Source of the DNA: Bigelowiella natans CCMP2755
Taxonomy: Eukaryota; Protista; Cercozoa
NCBI GenBank assembly: GCA_000320545.1
Contig: ADNK01002379.1
Coordinates: 62,001 to 126,000 of the forward strand
Reading direction: 5' to 3'
DNA length: 64,000 nucleotides
Shown here: positions 12,847 to 27,512 of the stretch, piece by piece
How positions within the stretch are numbered: the first letter of the stretch is position 1
How the letters are laid out: each line of letters starts with the position of its first letter
Notes under the pieces: generated by a model
The model's database searches: none
What the model saw: the letters and a program-made list of their open reading frames with translations, nothing else
Told to the model about the DNA's origin: nothing
Program-made: the position numbers and the translations under genes

Positions 12847-14154
12847 GAAGCACATTAAATAATGTGCGATGTTTGGCAGCGAAGGGTGGTTTTTTATCGT
12901 CGCATAAGGCCTATTTGTTTGGCACAAATATTTTTTGTACAGAATCCACAGAGACGTATGTGCAACATGCCTAGCTCTCATGTCAATTAGTGTATGCTAG
13001 TAGCATGCGAAAGATGTAATAAGACGGGTGGCATGAATTAAATTAAATTTGTTATTCAATTACAATCCTCAGGATGTAATTCTTGCCACTGCATTTGTTC
13101 CTTTTACGCGCGCATGCATGTGGTTTGCCCCTATACATGTTTGTGTACAGCTCAGAATTCACGTACATATGTATTACACACATCACAAAGCACGCCTTGT
13201 CAGTGTGCTATGTCGCGTGCAACACAGCTCCGTCAAACCCGGCAACGACGGGGTTGTGAACAGTGCAGCGCTTTGCGACGCGCTTTGAAGTCGCAGGTAG
13301 TTGCAATTGGTCAAAGAAAAGTCATCAGAACTCGTCCGATCGCGCAAAGTGTGAAAAGTTCACACCCGTTGTGTGGAGGATGCACGCTGCGCGTTTGTTC
13401 TCTGCCACATTTTGAATGCTTTTGCGCGTGTGTTTGACCAAATGTGATGTGCACGAAAAATTTCAAAGAAATGCGAGCAAATCCAATGTCCACCACATCA
13501 CTTAACGCGCTTGGTCGCGCGCAAAAGCTTCCAAATGCATGTTCTGGCGATTCGTTACAGGTTTGACGGAGCTGTGAATGTACACCCATTGCTCCTTGTC
13601 CGGCTAATGATAAGTGTTTATGTAATTGCGCTGGTCGCCATGCGTCGCGTGCATTCTAGCCACACAGTAAGCGCAATGATCAGCGGTACATGCACTGCTG
13701 CATATGCATGCATCCCTGGACACACTCGTCTCATAATAAACGTGGGTGGCTGTGCACCGATTCTTAAAGAAAAAACAAATGACCTTTATTTCATTGCTGC
13801 TCAGAGCATTGCAGCAAAACCGTTATTTTTATCTATTATCTGCATCCCGTTGTTACACTGCATGATGTGCACTTAGTTTTGACGATTGTTGGCTATCTTC
13901 TTGTTCTAGCTGTGCATGCACGCATAGAGAGCGGCGTTGTAGAAACTAACTAGTCTCATTCGTCCTGGAGTGAGGAGTACGAGAGACCTATGATCAATAG
14001 CTAATCAATGACTCAAAATTGATAAACGATTCAGCGGTGTCATGCTCTCTCACCGCGGGTAAAATATTGCCCATGCTTGTAGGGTTTCGATTCATGCCTT
14101 ACTCTAGGTCGATATTTACGCACCATTACCACACTTCGCACAAACACACCCACC

Positions 14155-14197
<43 letters not shown>

Positions 14198-14232
14198 CAT
14201 CTATTCACAGTTCCCCTTCCATCTTTACCTGC

Positions 14233-14457
14233 TCAATTGTTGTTGTCACCGTTGTCATCGGAAGACTTGCACGCAGCTGGGTCGGTCATGCAGACAGCGA
14301 TTGTGATGATGACAGCAAGAATGACGACAATGGTCGTCACAAGGATGATAGTCCACTTCGCGTTTTGCCAGCACATCTTCCACTTGAGCGAGATGGAGGT
14401 ATCCTTGAACTTCTTCGCGTCCTCGTCCAAGTCATCTATGTTATGATGATGATTCTA

Positions 14458-14495
<38 letters not shown>

Positions 14496-16196
14496 CGTGT
14501 GCGAGTGCGTATCTATACAATATTGTCGTTATCATCGTCGGTCACTCACTTGCTTTCTGTTCGGTCATCTCTAGGTTTTCCATGTTGTCGAGTTGCTGCT
14601 CCACGTTCTGAGCCATCTGGTTCTTGATGACCTTTAACTAAGATGGCGGGGAGGGTAGGTAGATGAGGCAGGAGGAGGGGGGAAGGGGTTAATGATAGCT
14701 GATCCTTGACTAAGATTGGAGGGATAACGTTAAGGGTGTTGACGATTCGATCGGTGTGATTAATAAGCTCTAATAAGCTCTAATAAGCTCTTAGTCGCTG
14801 TTAGATGTCAATGGCAACGCGAACGCCTCGTTACCTTTGCGTTAGTTTCTGCGACCTTGTCTCGACCGTGCCTGAATGAAGCAAGGGGAGGGGTAAGCAA
14901 AGTCATGAGGGTTACCGATGAATACCAGGAGCATCAAGATGCTGCCAGGAGTATATTATCTGCTTTACACCTTTTCGAGCTTTCTGCTCGTTCGTACACG
15001 TGCATGCAATCTATGGCACGTTAGGGTGTACGCACTTTTTTAAGACTTCCTTGAAGACTGGCTGGCACTTTCGGGTCAAGCTACTTTCTTGAGCGCTCGT
15101 GAAATCACTAGGAAATAAAAGATGGAAGAAAAGGGAGAACTCACGGCGGTGGCAGTGTTTTGTTTTGGAACGGGGAAGCGTGACAGTCTGCATACACAGT
15201 CTACATTTAGATAAATACTGCCTCGTAAGCTACCTCTCCGATGTGACAGTCTTCCAGAACAGAGAAACAAAATCGCGAAGCACAAGCTTTGGACTGAGAG
15301 ACTCACTTTTTGTTACGCCTACAGTGTGCAACAATCATCATCATTATCGGCATCACACGCAGACAGGCATATACCATGCTGACAGGACACAATTATGTTG
15401 TTCTTACAGATAAAAACAGCCGGAAAGTTGTCGATCTTCTTCGAGAGTTTCGCCATGTACTTGACACCTTTCGACTCAAGAATGTTTTCCCTTAATTTGT
15501 ACGTACATAACAGAATAGTTGAGTTAGATCTCGGTTGCAATGATAACTACCACAGCTAAACTGAACTTGTAAGCCTCTACTTCCCCCACCAATACCATCA
15601 CTATTTTTTATTTTATTATCATCCCCACTACTACCCTGCCTTCAGATGCAATCCTCTCTTGCATATTCTTGAACAAGCTTTAGCAAGCTGACGGAGGGTA
15701 GCCCAACATTAGAATGCGAGTGAAGACGAATCAAGAATAGCTTTTCCGACTTATGTCATTGATATGCACAATATGCACATCGAGAAGGGGTAGAAAGGAC
15801 ATACATATGCTCCGAAAACTCGCTAATGTAGATGTGACAACACCTTCTCGTCGTCCTGTTCCTCAGGATTGACATTCTCAGAGGCCACAATTACCCCTGT
15901 TATGGCACGTGGTTTGGTCTTAGCGTTGGCAACAAGGAAAAAACAAAATCCCACCTTCAAGATTTCCTACACATAGATACTGGATCCTGGACTGCTGAGC
16001 CTGAAAATGGGGTGAAAGCGAATTATGAAGCGGAAGCAAATCACTCTTGAACACACAATCCGGAATGTAAATGCTCCACAAGCATCGTGTCATTTTACAA
16101 ACCAAATTCTGGTATCAAGAATTCATCTAGTTATGGGTGTCTGCATCTAATCACAACCGCAACCCCCGAAAAGGATAGTCATCTCATAATTACCAT
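14233..16196 (-). CDS. Longin-type R-SNARE (VAMP7/VAMP72-like synaptobrevin)
   Basis: SNARE motif VIKNQMAQNVEQQLDNMENLEMTEQKA|DDLDEDAKKFKDTSISLKWKMCWQNAKW followed by a C-terminal TM helix (TIILVTTIVVILAVIITIAVC). N-terminal longin-like exons (M|AQQSRIQYLCVGNLEG). ATG-only first exon at 16194-16196. Confidence 0.8.
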
Positions 16197-17260
16197 CTTA
16201 TCTCTTCCTTGAATCCAGAGGGGCGGGAGAGCGCAGAAATTATGATTCAGAATAAGTCTGTAGCAAAAAAATATAGAAGTTACTCTAAACATAATTGATT
16301 TAGTCTCATTTTACACCCTTCATAGCCAGTTTAATGTATTTATTCGTAAAAACTGGGTGTTCTTCGTGAAAGTCGTACTTAGCGAAATCGCCAAGGCCAA
16401 CGACGGAACACAGCTTACAGGCCAGGGGGATCAAGATTTGAAAATATACCTTTTTTCATAAAAGTATGAAAAATAGGATCCATTCCCTGATTATGATTGA
16501 GAAAAATGAAATCACAGTGATCCTTATTGCTCTGATCTAAATTTCCGGAAATGCTCCATTTTCAGTGTGGAAAGCCGTGTGATTGTGATTATCGACATCA
16601 TATATTTTCAGATGTAGATCAAAGATGCATGTCATTGTCCATTAGAGACACAAACTGTCAGAAAATTCCTCTAAGAGCACCTCCGCAAAAATATCAAGAA
16701 AATAATTTAGCGTAGGGTGTTTTTACCGAGAAACAAATACAGGCAATTTCGTTCCACATTGGAGCGGGGGATTACATTCTGGTCATATTTTCACGGTGTG
16801 ATGACGAAAGCTGCCTTCATTATTGGAGGGCATTTTCACCAAATAATGCCTTCAATCTTTGGAAAAGATGAAATAAAAGCACCCAAAATTTCTCGGCTCT
16901 CTCTGTCTACACTCCCGCCGCAGGGTTCCCCCCCCCACCCCAGCTTCCTTAATGCTGCATCGAACTTTATTTGATGACATTTCAAAATTAATAGTTATTG
17001 TTGTATTTTGGCAAGTCTATATTTATTTGCCATCCCATAACGTAAACGTTGTGTCAAAATTCCTCTAGTATTGGGATTAGGAAATTTCCTCTGCATGCTT
17101 TAATGCGTACTCACTCAACCGGCATCTAGACCATATAATTGAGTTCTATGACCAACACCCTTCTGATTATGCGTGTATGTGTCTGTGGGTATTTTTCCTT
17201 CTTCCAACTGTGCAGGTGAAGTACTCGGTAACCTGAGCCGATACCTCCATCTCACCCAAG

Positions 17261-17605
17261 ATGTTTCCGAATCTCTTCATCTTGAATGGTACCGGCGAGG
17301 TCCTCATCGAGAAGCACTGGGAAGGTAAAGTTCCAAGGAATGTCGTAGATTTGTTCATGGAACAGCAGCTGAAGAAGGAGCGCAAAGTGGATGTGTCGCC
17401 TGTAATCGAAACTCCGAAGCTCTACCTTGTGCACACCAGGAGAGGAGACGTTATCCTGCTCACCACTGTAAAGAAAGAGGTACTGCACTGTGGAATGATG
17501 ATCTGTGACAATAAATCTGGCTACGATTCTGCCTTCCTGTTTACTTAATATCGCCCACTTTCCGCGTTTTCTCACATTCATATTACTCTAACATATATAT
17601 ATAAA

Positions 17606-17638
<33 letters not shown>

Positions 17639-19113
17639 TTATATGTATATTTGATTTCGCATCAATATAATGGTTGATTTCGCACTACCTCGTAGACCGC
17701 ACCGCTCTTTATACTAGAGATACACAACAAGATCATGCAAGTTATGTACCATTACTTTGGGCCCTCCGTCAACTCTCGGACGATACGTGACAACTTCACC
17801 CTCATCTACCACCTCCTAGACGAAATGGTGAGTGGTTGGCAGGGTTAGGGTCGGAGGCACGCTCAGTGAAAACAAATCAATTGTAGAACGATTTTTCCAT
17901 TTCCAGTCAAATTGATCTCGTTTGTTGCACATTGCGTTTGAAATGGAGAATCGAGGGGGGGCACAGATGTATTTATCATAAGATCTGTATATTTTCCAAA
18001 TTTAGGTGGATGGCGGCTTTCCCTTCACGACAGATATTAACCAGCTCCAAGCAATGATCCAACCTCCTACAATCGTCAATAAATTCATGTCGACGTTCTC
18101 TAACAGCGACCAAGTGAAGAAGGCGCTTCCCGAGGGCATGCTCACGAAGATCCCCTGGCGAAGAACGGGCGTGAAGTACCACAGCAACGAGATCTGCTTC
18201 GACCTGCTCGAGGAGATCAACTGCATTATAGAGCGCAACTCCAACGTGGCCGTGTGCGAGGTCAAGGGCTCGATCGTCTGCACATGCCGTCTCTCGGGCA
18301 TGCCGGACATCGTCCTGACGGTATCCCACCCCTCCCTCATCCAGGATGCCGTGCTCCACCGCAGCGTCCGAATCAACCGCTTCCGCAGAGAACGCGTCAT
18401 ATCGTTCGTGCCGCCCGACGGGCGCTTCACGCTGCTGACCTACTTTCTCCGGGGCCCCTGCCAGATGCCCATCTTCGTGCGACCCTCGATCAACTACACC
18501 AACGGCACCGGCAACGTCAACATCTCCATCGGGACCAAGATGAGGGAGCAGAAGCCGATCGAGGACGTGGTGCTTGTCATCCCGTTCCCAAAGGAAATGC
18601 TGTCGTCGAATCTGACCACTAACGCCGGCTCCGTCAACACGGTTGAGACAGCGATGGGAGCGCACAAGGTGACGTCTTACCTTTTTTTTTCCCCTTATCA
18701 TATCCAAACGCTACGTGTTGGAGGAGATAAAGGATAATAGAGGGTTTATCACTGAACACTTACTATCGTGTAGGAGGTGCATTGGACCATACCGCGTTTG
18801 CCTAAAGACAAAACGCCTGTGCTAGAGGGCAGCGTGCTCTTCCCTAACGGATTCAAGCCCACATATAGACCCACGCTGGTGCTTCAGTTTAACGCCAAGT
18901 CGTGGAACACCTCAGGATTAGCGGTGAGAGGAGCTAGCTAGTAGCGATGCAACGACAATATGACTCGTGCCTATATTTAAATTGGGATGTCGTCACTGAT
19001 GAATTAAATCTTTGAATCAGGTTGAGGGATTAGACGTCGTAGACGTGAAGTATAAGCCGTTCCGTGGTGTACGCACGGCGACAAGGGCAGGGAAATTCCA
19101 CATCAGATGTTAG
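17261..19113 (+). CDS. AP3M: AP-3 adaptor complex mu subunit
   Basis: MFPNLFILNGTGEVLIEKHW; IRDNFTLIYHLLDEM|VDGGFPFTTD; IPWRRTGVKYHSNEICFDLLEEI; SGMPD; LHRSVRINRF..ISFVPPDGRFTLL; YKPFRGVRTATRAGKFHIRC*. Five exons with canonical GT-AG. Confidence 0.93.
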
Positions 19114-19766
19114 TTGGACGATTGCTTCAGCAAAAGACGACGAAGCTGCAAGAGTGATGCTGTTGTAAAGCGATTTTACATATGCGCTTTCAAGTTTTGT
19201 AATTATTAGTATCATCGCTAGAAAAAAAGTCTACTTCTTTGTCGTCTTGCGCATCGCTGGACTCGTACATCAATGATGCGCTGTGTGACTATGCCCTACT
19301 AGCCTGGTGCTCATCGTCGATAGTTGTGGAGCGTAGGCATAGCTAGATAGGAGCTTGCTAGCTTGGAATGTACTAGCTAGCTAGTCTAGTAGTTCTAAAG
19401 TTGCTTAATTGACGCATGCATGACATCTAGGATGTGACATCTACACATGCGCAACTTGCTAGTTCTAGAGTAATAAGCCGCGCTAGCTAGCTAGCACTTC
19501 TAGACGCACAGTTCATTGATATCGGCTAGTCTAGTAGTCTAGTAAGTGCCTAGCTAGCTGGAGCATGCTAACATCTAGACATAGCTAGATAGACGAGTAG
19601 TGCAGCTGTGCTAGGCTAGCTCAAGAATGGGCCAGCTCTAGACTAGTAGAGCTTGAGAATCGTAATGTGCTAGTGTGTTGCTAAGGCTCTAGAAACATCC
19701 GATTTTGCAATGTCAAACGTCGATGTCAGCAAATTACTCATGCAATGGTGCTCATCTTGTACGTAG

Positions 19767-21723
19767 TCATGCCTGTTCCTTTGTGTAGTAAAGCTGGTAA
19801 GCAGCACATATCAAACTCACCCATTGTCCTATTTCAAACCTAAAAAGCATCGACATCGCTTTCAAAAATGATTGCAGCGCCGCAATGCTAGAATAGGAAG
19901 GCCATTGAACGATGAGATGCCCATAGACATAGTACATTGTCTAGTTGTGCATGAAAGCAGCGTTTTCTAAGTTCTATAATTACCTTGGGTTATACCCTAA
20001 AGATTGCTCCTTCACTGTTTCCTCATAGCTTCCTGTTTCCATTGCTTGCTGAATCGTGGAGTTTGCAAACAATCCGACAATCGTAGGAACAAGGATGTAA
20101 CTACCAATTTGCAGCCATAGGAGTTTTCTTACGAGTTTATCCTCTTTTCGGTGAGCTATCTCGGTAGGAGTTCTTTCTCCACCAGAACTTATCTCGTGTT
20201 TGGGAAATTGTGGAACGGAAGCAGCTGGGCGTCCGCTAAGTGTTGCTCGATTGTTGATATCTAGACGCTGAATTTTTACAATCGATTTCTCTTCGTTCTC
20301 TTCATGAAAACCACTATTCTCGATGTCATCAGAAAACGCTTTCTGATCCTTTAGAGGGTTTTCAACCGACAACGTCTTACTGGTTGAAAGTCTTCCAAAC
20401 ACGGCCAATTTTGTCGTCTGTCGAGCTTCAATTAAGTTCCCCGATAAGTTTTCACGTGGAGAGTTTAAAGTCACGCTGGAACCTCGAAATGTTAGTGGAG
20501 GTGGATTACAGGCTGATAAAGGAGATGGTGTTATAGTAGCCTGGTCCAATGAATAGTGATTTAACTCCTTCAGATGGCTTGATCTTCCAGAAAGTTCTAC
20601 CACACCCTTCATAAGCTTGATTTCTTTTGCACGGGATCGAGATAGACTTCCGGCATCAGCAGTCTCCATAGTCCAAATTCCTTCGCGTACTTGCTTTCTA
20701 TTTCGGAGTAGGAGATGACGAAGGTGCGAGACTGAATATGCGTAAGTACAGCCTGATACAGTTTGTATTTTACGTAGTTAGGGAGCGTCTATGAAGTTGG
20801 ACAGTTACTTCATTCAACTGACGGGATTTTTCAACCTCCGGTCATCCCTGCGAATGCAATAGTTCCAAATTGAATTGCAAGCCATGCTCGATCCTTACTG
20901 GTCAGCAAGAGAATGAACGAAATTGATTGAGAGATACAAATCAAAGCCATGCCTGAGCAAAACGTTAGAAAATTAATGGAGAGGAGGCTTTGGTAAATGA
21001 CTGAACTTTCACATATTGTTTTATTGTTTTGATGCTTTGATTGATGCAACCTGTGTATATAAAATGCGGGGCCCACTTTGGAGGATCTCTTGTCAGATTT
21101 GCGACAGAGTAAAGTGTTTTTACAACTATCAAGCTCAAGTACAGCGTAACATTCAAGAGGATTATCTGATTGAGTATTTGGACGTTACGGGTTATGGGTT
21201 ACGGGTTACAGGTAGGTGAGTAGGTGAACTTTCTAAACTAGATACAAGCTTACTATTGATAATGTGAGTCCAGTCACAACAGCTTCATAACCAGCAAATA
21301 GAGGTTCGTGTGTCACCTACACGTAGATAATGCGATATTTTTCATTATAAATGGAAATGGATAGCGGCTCATTCAGTCAGCACATTGTTTTTGTTTTTAG
21401 TTTTTTGTACCAGATTCAGAGAGAAGAGCACCAAAGAATTGATAAACACTGCCCTTTGTAAATATATATTTTAGCAAATGTTATATCCTGGGCACATAGA
21501 CAGGCATTGCATCATTACATATTGACTATGTGTGCAGAACAGCTTGTAAAAGGCAACAAGCAACAAGTGGCAGTTGACTTTGAACCTACCACGAGATACG
21601 CTTGTTGTTCGTATTTTTGTTCCTCCGGATCGATATGACTGCAAAGTAAGACAAACAAAGTGCAGCGAGACATCGAAGAGTATCTGTCACTATGACCAGG
21701 ACACGGTTTCGTTGTCCGCTCAT
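19767..21723 (-). CDS. Multi-pass (7TM-like) membrane protein with a long cytosolic loop
   Basis: Several hydrophobic exons (LRCLAALCLSYFAVISI; LYLSLIVVKTLYSV; FLTFCSGMALICISQSISFILLL; KLLWLQIGSYILVPTIVGLF; FEIGQWVSLICAAYQLYYT) flanking a ~200-aa Ser/Arg-rich loop (ORF 19980-20669). Confidence 0.6.
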
Positions 21724-22424
21724 TTCATCAAAGGGACATGAATGGAGCTTGAGTTTGACCAGTCTCAAACGATTGAGAATGGCATGCGAATGGCAGATTT
21801 TTGGTGAAACTGGCCCGTCAGCAAATTAGCATTGAAAGGGATACCACTCTAGGCCTAGTTCACATTCCCGCAGGAAACTCGTGCGCACTCACGAACTTAG
21901 TGCTGCACCTTTAAGCTTTTCTTCGGGACACACAGCTTTTTATTCCCGGAATGTTGGGTCTCGCGCGGAAAAGCATGCGATTTATGCTAGGATTTATGGT
22001 TAAAGAGCGGGGAAACGGAAAAAAGGCAGGCCTGCGCGCATCGAACACACATTTCCACGCGTACACCACAGCCCGAAAAAGATCCTAAAAATAGTTGCAG
22101 CAAAATGTGAGCCAAATTCGAAATTCGAATTGTTGTCTTGTCGTTGCAGGCAGAACATTATCTGAACCAAAGACTTCTGCAAATGTCCGTTGAAGCACTC
22201 CACGTCTCCATTTCTAGCATTCTGCAAATTAAGTTGTGACGCTCAATAAAAATCGCATGTATTTATACCCTTTTCCTTTGAGGCATCGATCGTGCTCGTA
22301 ACGCTCCAAACAATGGCTACCAAATGATCATCTGTCCGTAGTAACAGGCCGCAAAGTATTGGCGTAGAGTCTCCGGAAGATGAACAGATAAACTCCTTCT
22401 TGGAGGAAAACTAGGAACATTAAA

Positions 22425-22832
22425 ATGAAATCCAAAACTGAGATAGATTGCATGAGCGCGGAGGCAGTGAGGGAGGAACTCAAGAAGCTCGCGGCAGGAG
22501 ATGTGAAAGTTAGCAAGAGTCCCATCGCACCTACCATTGCCGATCCGCCGAGCATCTCCTCTCTAAAGACGCCCGCTAAGATAGAGGCCCTACAAAAGTA
22601 CATTAACTCCTTTAAGGTATCTATGTTCAATGAGAATGAAAATGAAAGTTAGTTTGACGCAGTCTCTCTCGGAATGATAAAATGAGGAAATGTTCTTTTA
22701 ATGTTAGTATAATCACATTGGGAAGGAATACTTCAACCCAGACAAACGAGTTCCATTGCTACGGTTCTTTCCTTCTTGATTTTCGAAGATTTAGTTATAT
22801 TTTTCTTTCACCAATATGAAACGGATTCGTGC

Positions 22833-22881
<49 letters not shown>

Positions 22882-23579
22882 AGATTCATCGCAGGAAGAT
22901 AATCAACCCAAAGAACTGCATCAAGAAAGACAGAGCATAAAAGAGATCTTCCGAGAGAGGAGGGGGGGGGGGCGAAGAGAAAGAGACGGCAGCGAGGGAG
23001 AAAGAAAAGTAGGAAGAACAAAGCGAAAGAGGGTCGAGAAGAAGGACAGAACAATCTCCAAATTACCTCATTTATGAAGAAGTACAAATACAATTTAAAA
23101 TACGACAGAGTAATGAACTGTGCCAAGACCATAATTAAGGAATCTCTTCCCATCAAGTGCCTTGAGGTGTGACACATATACAAATCCTGGGCAACATATA
23201 AAACAAATACATATATAATCCAGGCTACGATGTTGGCGATATATCTTACGCGTGATATAGCGAACCTTTCCCGCGTCCCTCTCCGGTTTGCTTCATCTGT
23301 CCATGGTATTATAATAGTATACTCCAATGAGAATAAGTTAGTGCACAATTCCATGTCTTTACTTCGGATAATGAGAGAATTGTGTTTCCAAGCATTTATT
23401 TGAACCCATATTCGCTGCTGGATTTGTGCTGTCTCAGGGCACATCTACTGGCATATTGTGCTTGCTCTTCGAGGGAAATGCGGCCGCTGGGGAGCGTTAG
23501 GGTTGTCGCGTCGGCCCGATTTGGGATTCAAACCGCTTAAGTTCAGCACGCTTCCGGCGTTGGTGAAGAGTTATAAGGT

Positions 23580-23620
<41 letters not shown>

Positions 23621-24093
23621 ACCCCCCTCTCTACACTCAAAACCCTTTGAAGGTCACCTTCCTTTCATAGCCAATAGCGATGGCTAACAGCTTTGGCCTC
23701 CTGCTATGCGGGTTTCAGGAGGCATACGAGGGAATCGGCCACAAGATTGTCAAAGTAACCGTGGGCCTCCCTGTCGGCACCAAAGTCGAGTCGCATGAAA
23801 AGGTAGTAATAGCAGCAGCAGCAGCAGCAGTAGTAAAAACAGTATTTGTAGGAGAGAGGATACCAGGTTTTAGGCCTGGAGATATGTAGATAATGCTGAT
23901 ATGGTATTGCCATGGACAGGTGTACTGGCAATTTATGTCCATACCAGTTTCGAAGGCGAAATGGCCTGACGTCGAGGCGGTTCGTGACAAATATTTAATG
24001 GAAATATTATGTAGTAGCTCGTAAACTATAGAGACCAGGGGTGGAAGCAAGCAGACACTTGCACAAATGTGTATGTGTAAATCTCTCTCTATC

Positions 24094-24157
<64 letters not shown>

Positions 24158-24892
24158 TGCAAGTGTGCAAGTGTGCGTACGTGCCACGTCGATGCCTCCA
24201 GTGACGCTTAAGAACGCGCTCCATAGAGATATCCTCATGGGATCGACACGACTAAAGATGGAAATCTCACATCGTCCAATTTTTATATTGCTCATTCTTC
24301 CGATGAGCAGGTAATGAGGAGGTATTCCAAGACTATGGAGAGATATGCGAAGCAAGTACGAGGAACAGGGATCTATAACACACTTGGTGGGTGCGCCTTA
24401 GATACTATCACACCCAAAAGTAATCATGTTATATGCCGAAAATTGTATATAAGTTGGCGCTGAGCCTGTGACGGCTAGAAGCACGTGAATACACAACGTG
24501 TGCTCACTTACTCACTAATTCCCCTGCCCCTTCCCTCTCCCGATTCCACTTCTCTGCTGAGAGCAGAGAACACGGTAAAATGTCGGTGTTTGGAGCTAGG
24601 ACATCCAGGTCTTCTATTCAAACCGCCTCCAGAGGAAACGGAATGTGATGCCGACACACAGCAACAGCAACATCAAGGCACGGAGGGCAATAAAAAGATC
24701 GATGAGCCTCGTCGCAATCTCCCTAGCAAAGACAGCAGTGACCGGCCCCACGACAGAAGTACCAGCTGCACAAAGAACAGTGAGACGCCAGCTGTCGGGA
24801 CACCAAAGGAAGCACGCTCGTCAGTTCCTGCCGCGCCGACGACATCAGGAGGGGGCGCAAAGAGCAGAGAAAATAGTAATGCCGCGAAGTAG
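22425..24892 (+). CDS. VASH: Vasohibin (tubulin tyrosine carboxypeptidase)
   Basis: IEALQKYINSFK|YNHIG; IIKESLPIKCLE|ATMLAIYLT (catalytic Cys); HIYWHIVL (catalytic His); WGALGLSRRPDLGFKPL; YKEAYEGIGHKIVKVTVGLP. Confidence 0.92.
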
Positions 24893-26556
24893 AGGGAGAA
24901 AAACAAGAAAATGCATTTCGATGCCTAGTAGTATTATAGTGTCTGCTGTGTCAGTGTTGTTTGACTTGCGTTGCGTTTTGAGTTCAATATTTCGTGTGGA
25001 AGGACGTGACCTTGTGGTAATGCGATTTCAACCATTTCGCGTTTGGCATTTTGTGGAAAGCTGTGAGTCTCGAAGGAGAAAAGTCTTCTGCCACCCCAAA
25101 ATTATGCGAATTTCAAATTTGTAGGCAAAGACAGACGACGAAGCGTTGGTAGCAGTAGCTGTGGACGAAAGAAAGTCTTTGATCCGTCTCGCCCAGCAAC
25201 TAGAATCCGAAACAAAGACAGATTAGCGTCTTTAAACCAAAAAAAGTAACAAATGTGTTCGTGGTCATGAAATTAAAAAATCATCACATTCTCTCTTGGT
25301 TAAGATAATCCAATCACACGAACGAATGGTCTCCAAACGTTTTGTTGCCGCGTTGAGGACATCAAAGCGTGTGCACAGAAGAGATCCCAGATCAAACTAA
25401 ATCTCAAAAATGAAATTAAATTTTCTGGCGGCACTTTTACCTTTTCATGGTCGGCTCGAAAGTTCATATTGACCGCGGCATTTCGTGTTTTCTTGCCCCA
25501 GTTGGTCCGGTAAGGATGCTCGCGCCCACCACATGCGCGCGGTCGCACATCGTCGGGTGGTCTGGCCATTTTAGCGGTGCATGTCGATCAGCACGAATGC
25601 TTGCTTGCTAAACATTGCTACGCCAGCATGAAAGTAGCGGCAAACAGGCGGGGCTGTTCAAAGCCGCACGTTGATTTTTGATGTCTCCCCAACTATATCA
25701 TCTAGCCTACCCTGCGATGCTAATACAGCACCTCACACCGCCGAAGATTAAAAAGGGTGTAGCTACAGCGCGCAAGCTGCTGCTGCGATGCGCGACGGTT
25801 ATGACAACGCAGTGGCAACTGTTTTTGTGGCTAGATGCTAGCATCGCTCTAAGAAGCACCTGTGGAAGCTCTGATGGTTTCACTGCGCGCTCTCAGCGCT
25901 GTGCGTCACATGCCACTGCACCAACTGCATCGATCAATGTGCTTTACCTCAGTTGTCGCTTTGACTTTTCTGATTGAAGTCACTTGCACGCATGCTAGCA
26001 TGGCTAATGATGCGACACGACGACGCGATCAAGTTCTCGGATTACAAAGATGCGTTTTCCAGTTTCTCTTGGTTTATTATGTTTCATCGATCCTTCACAG
26101 TCCTTGTCTCATCGAGTCGAGTGCATCGATCGAAGACCCTCCTTGTTGAGCTGAGTTTGACGTTTTGGCATGGATGGCATGTGTCGCCAACGTTATAGTT
26201 TTTGTTTTGCATTTGTGATCCGGGCATCACGTACTAGCTTGACGTTGCGATGGCAGCAATTATTTGCGTACTTTGGGCAACTGTGAGCGCAGCAATGGCC
26301 TCGATCGCCTCGCCTTGCAAGCTAGTTCACATGAGTGAAAGCGGTTTCAATTTTTTAAAGGAGCGTGCTCGCGTGGTTGACTGGGAAGGAAGAAGGAACA
26401 TTGAATTTCGCATTGGTGCAAAAACTGCACGCGCAAGAACCACATGGGAAACACGTTTATGCAGGGCCAGCAAGCGATAAGTTTCAGATCAAGAGGGAAC
26501 ATTGCTAGATTGCACCATACGCACATCATCATTCAGATTAGTCCATGCTAAATTCA

Positions 26557-26854
26557 CTATCTCCGTCCCCCTCGTCCACGTCCACGCCCGCGTGCACCCC
26601 GCCTTCCTCCGCCGCGTCTCCGTGATGAGGATGATGATGACGTGGAGGAGATGGACGAGGATGCTGCCGTTTTCTGGGATTGTCGCGAGCTCGACTTCTT
26701 CTCAATCGTTTTACTATGATACCATGTGCAGATAAAGAACTCATTATTTCGTTTGAAACAATATGATTCGCTACATAGCTTTTGGATTTGAAAACAGCAT
26801 GCTAGACTCTCGGCAAATCTTACAGCATATACACCATAACTACCACAAAAACAG

Positions 26855-26896
<42 letters not shown>

Positions 26897-27469
26897 TATA
26901 ATATTAAAAAATAGGTAATACTTGAGTTTGGCCCGAAGTCGATCCCTCCGCGCATCCGTCATCTTTGGCTGCCGACGCTCCTATAAAGACAAGTCCAAAA
27001 TGAAGGAAGATAGGCATAAATATACCATAAATTCACCGCCAACCCACAAGCATGCTCATCATCGATAGCAGCTACGGCGAATGAGGTACTTTCATGCTTT
27101 GTAGTGATGCTTTCTGTGCTTCCTTAGCGCACCTGAGGCCGATACAAATGGGGTGATAATTATAGGCATTTATTGTAGCTGTTGCGTAGTGAAAACAGTT
27201 TGATCTGAATTCGGTCGGGTTGGTATCTAAGAGAGAAGGCATTTCTATGAAATCTTTCATCAATACTGCAATTGTGCTGCTGCTACTACTACTACTACTA
27301 CTACTACTCCTCCTCCTACTACTACCACACACTGCTAATCCCCCCCCTTATTTTCACCCATGCAACGCTGGATTGAGATGTTGGGAGCAATAGCGACGCT
27401 TACAGTGCCTGGGATATTATTTGAGGAAAAATGTATAAATTCAGACACAAACACATGCAAACACACACA

Positions 27470-27512
<43 letters not shown>

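Noticed and set aside
18120-18660. TA-poor stretch within AP-3 mu
   Set aside because: Explained by GC-rich codon usage; Tyr TAC codons remain and there is no CTAG bias.
21183-21211. Telomere-like GGGTTAC repeats
   Set aside because: Only about 4 imperfect intronic units; consistent with an ordinary simple repeat.
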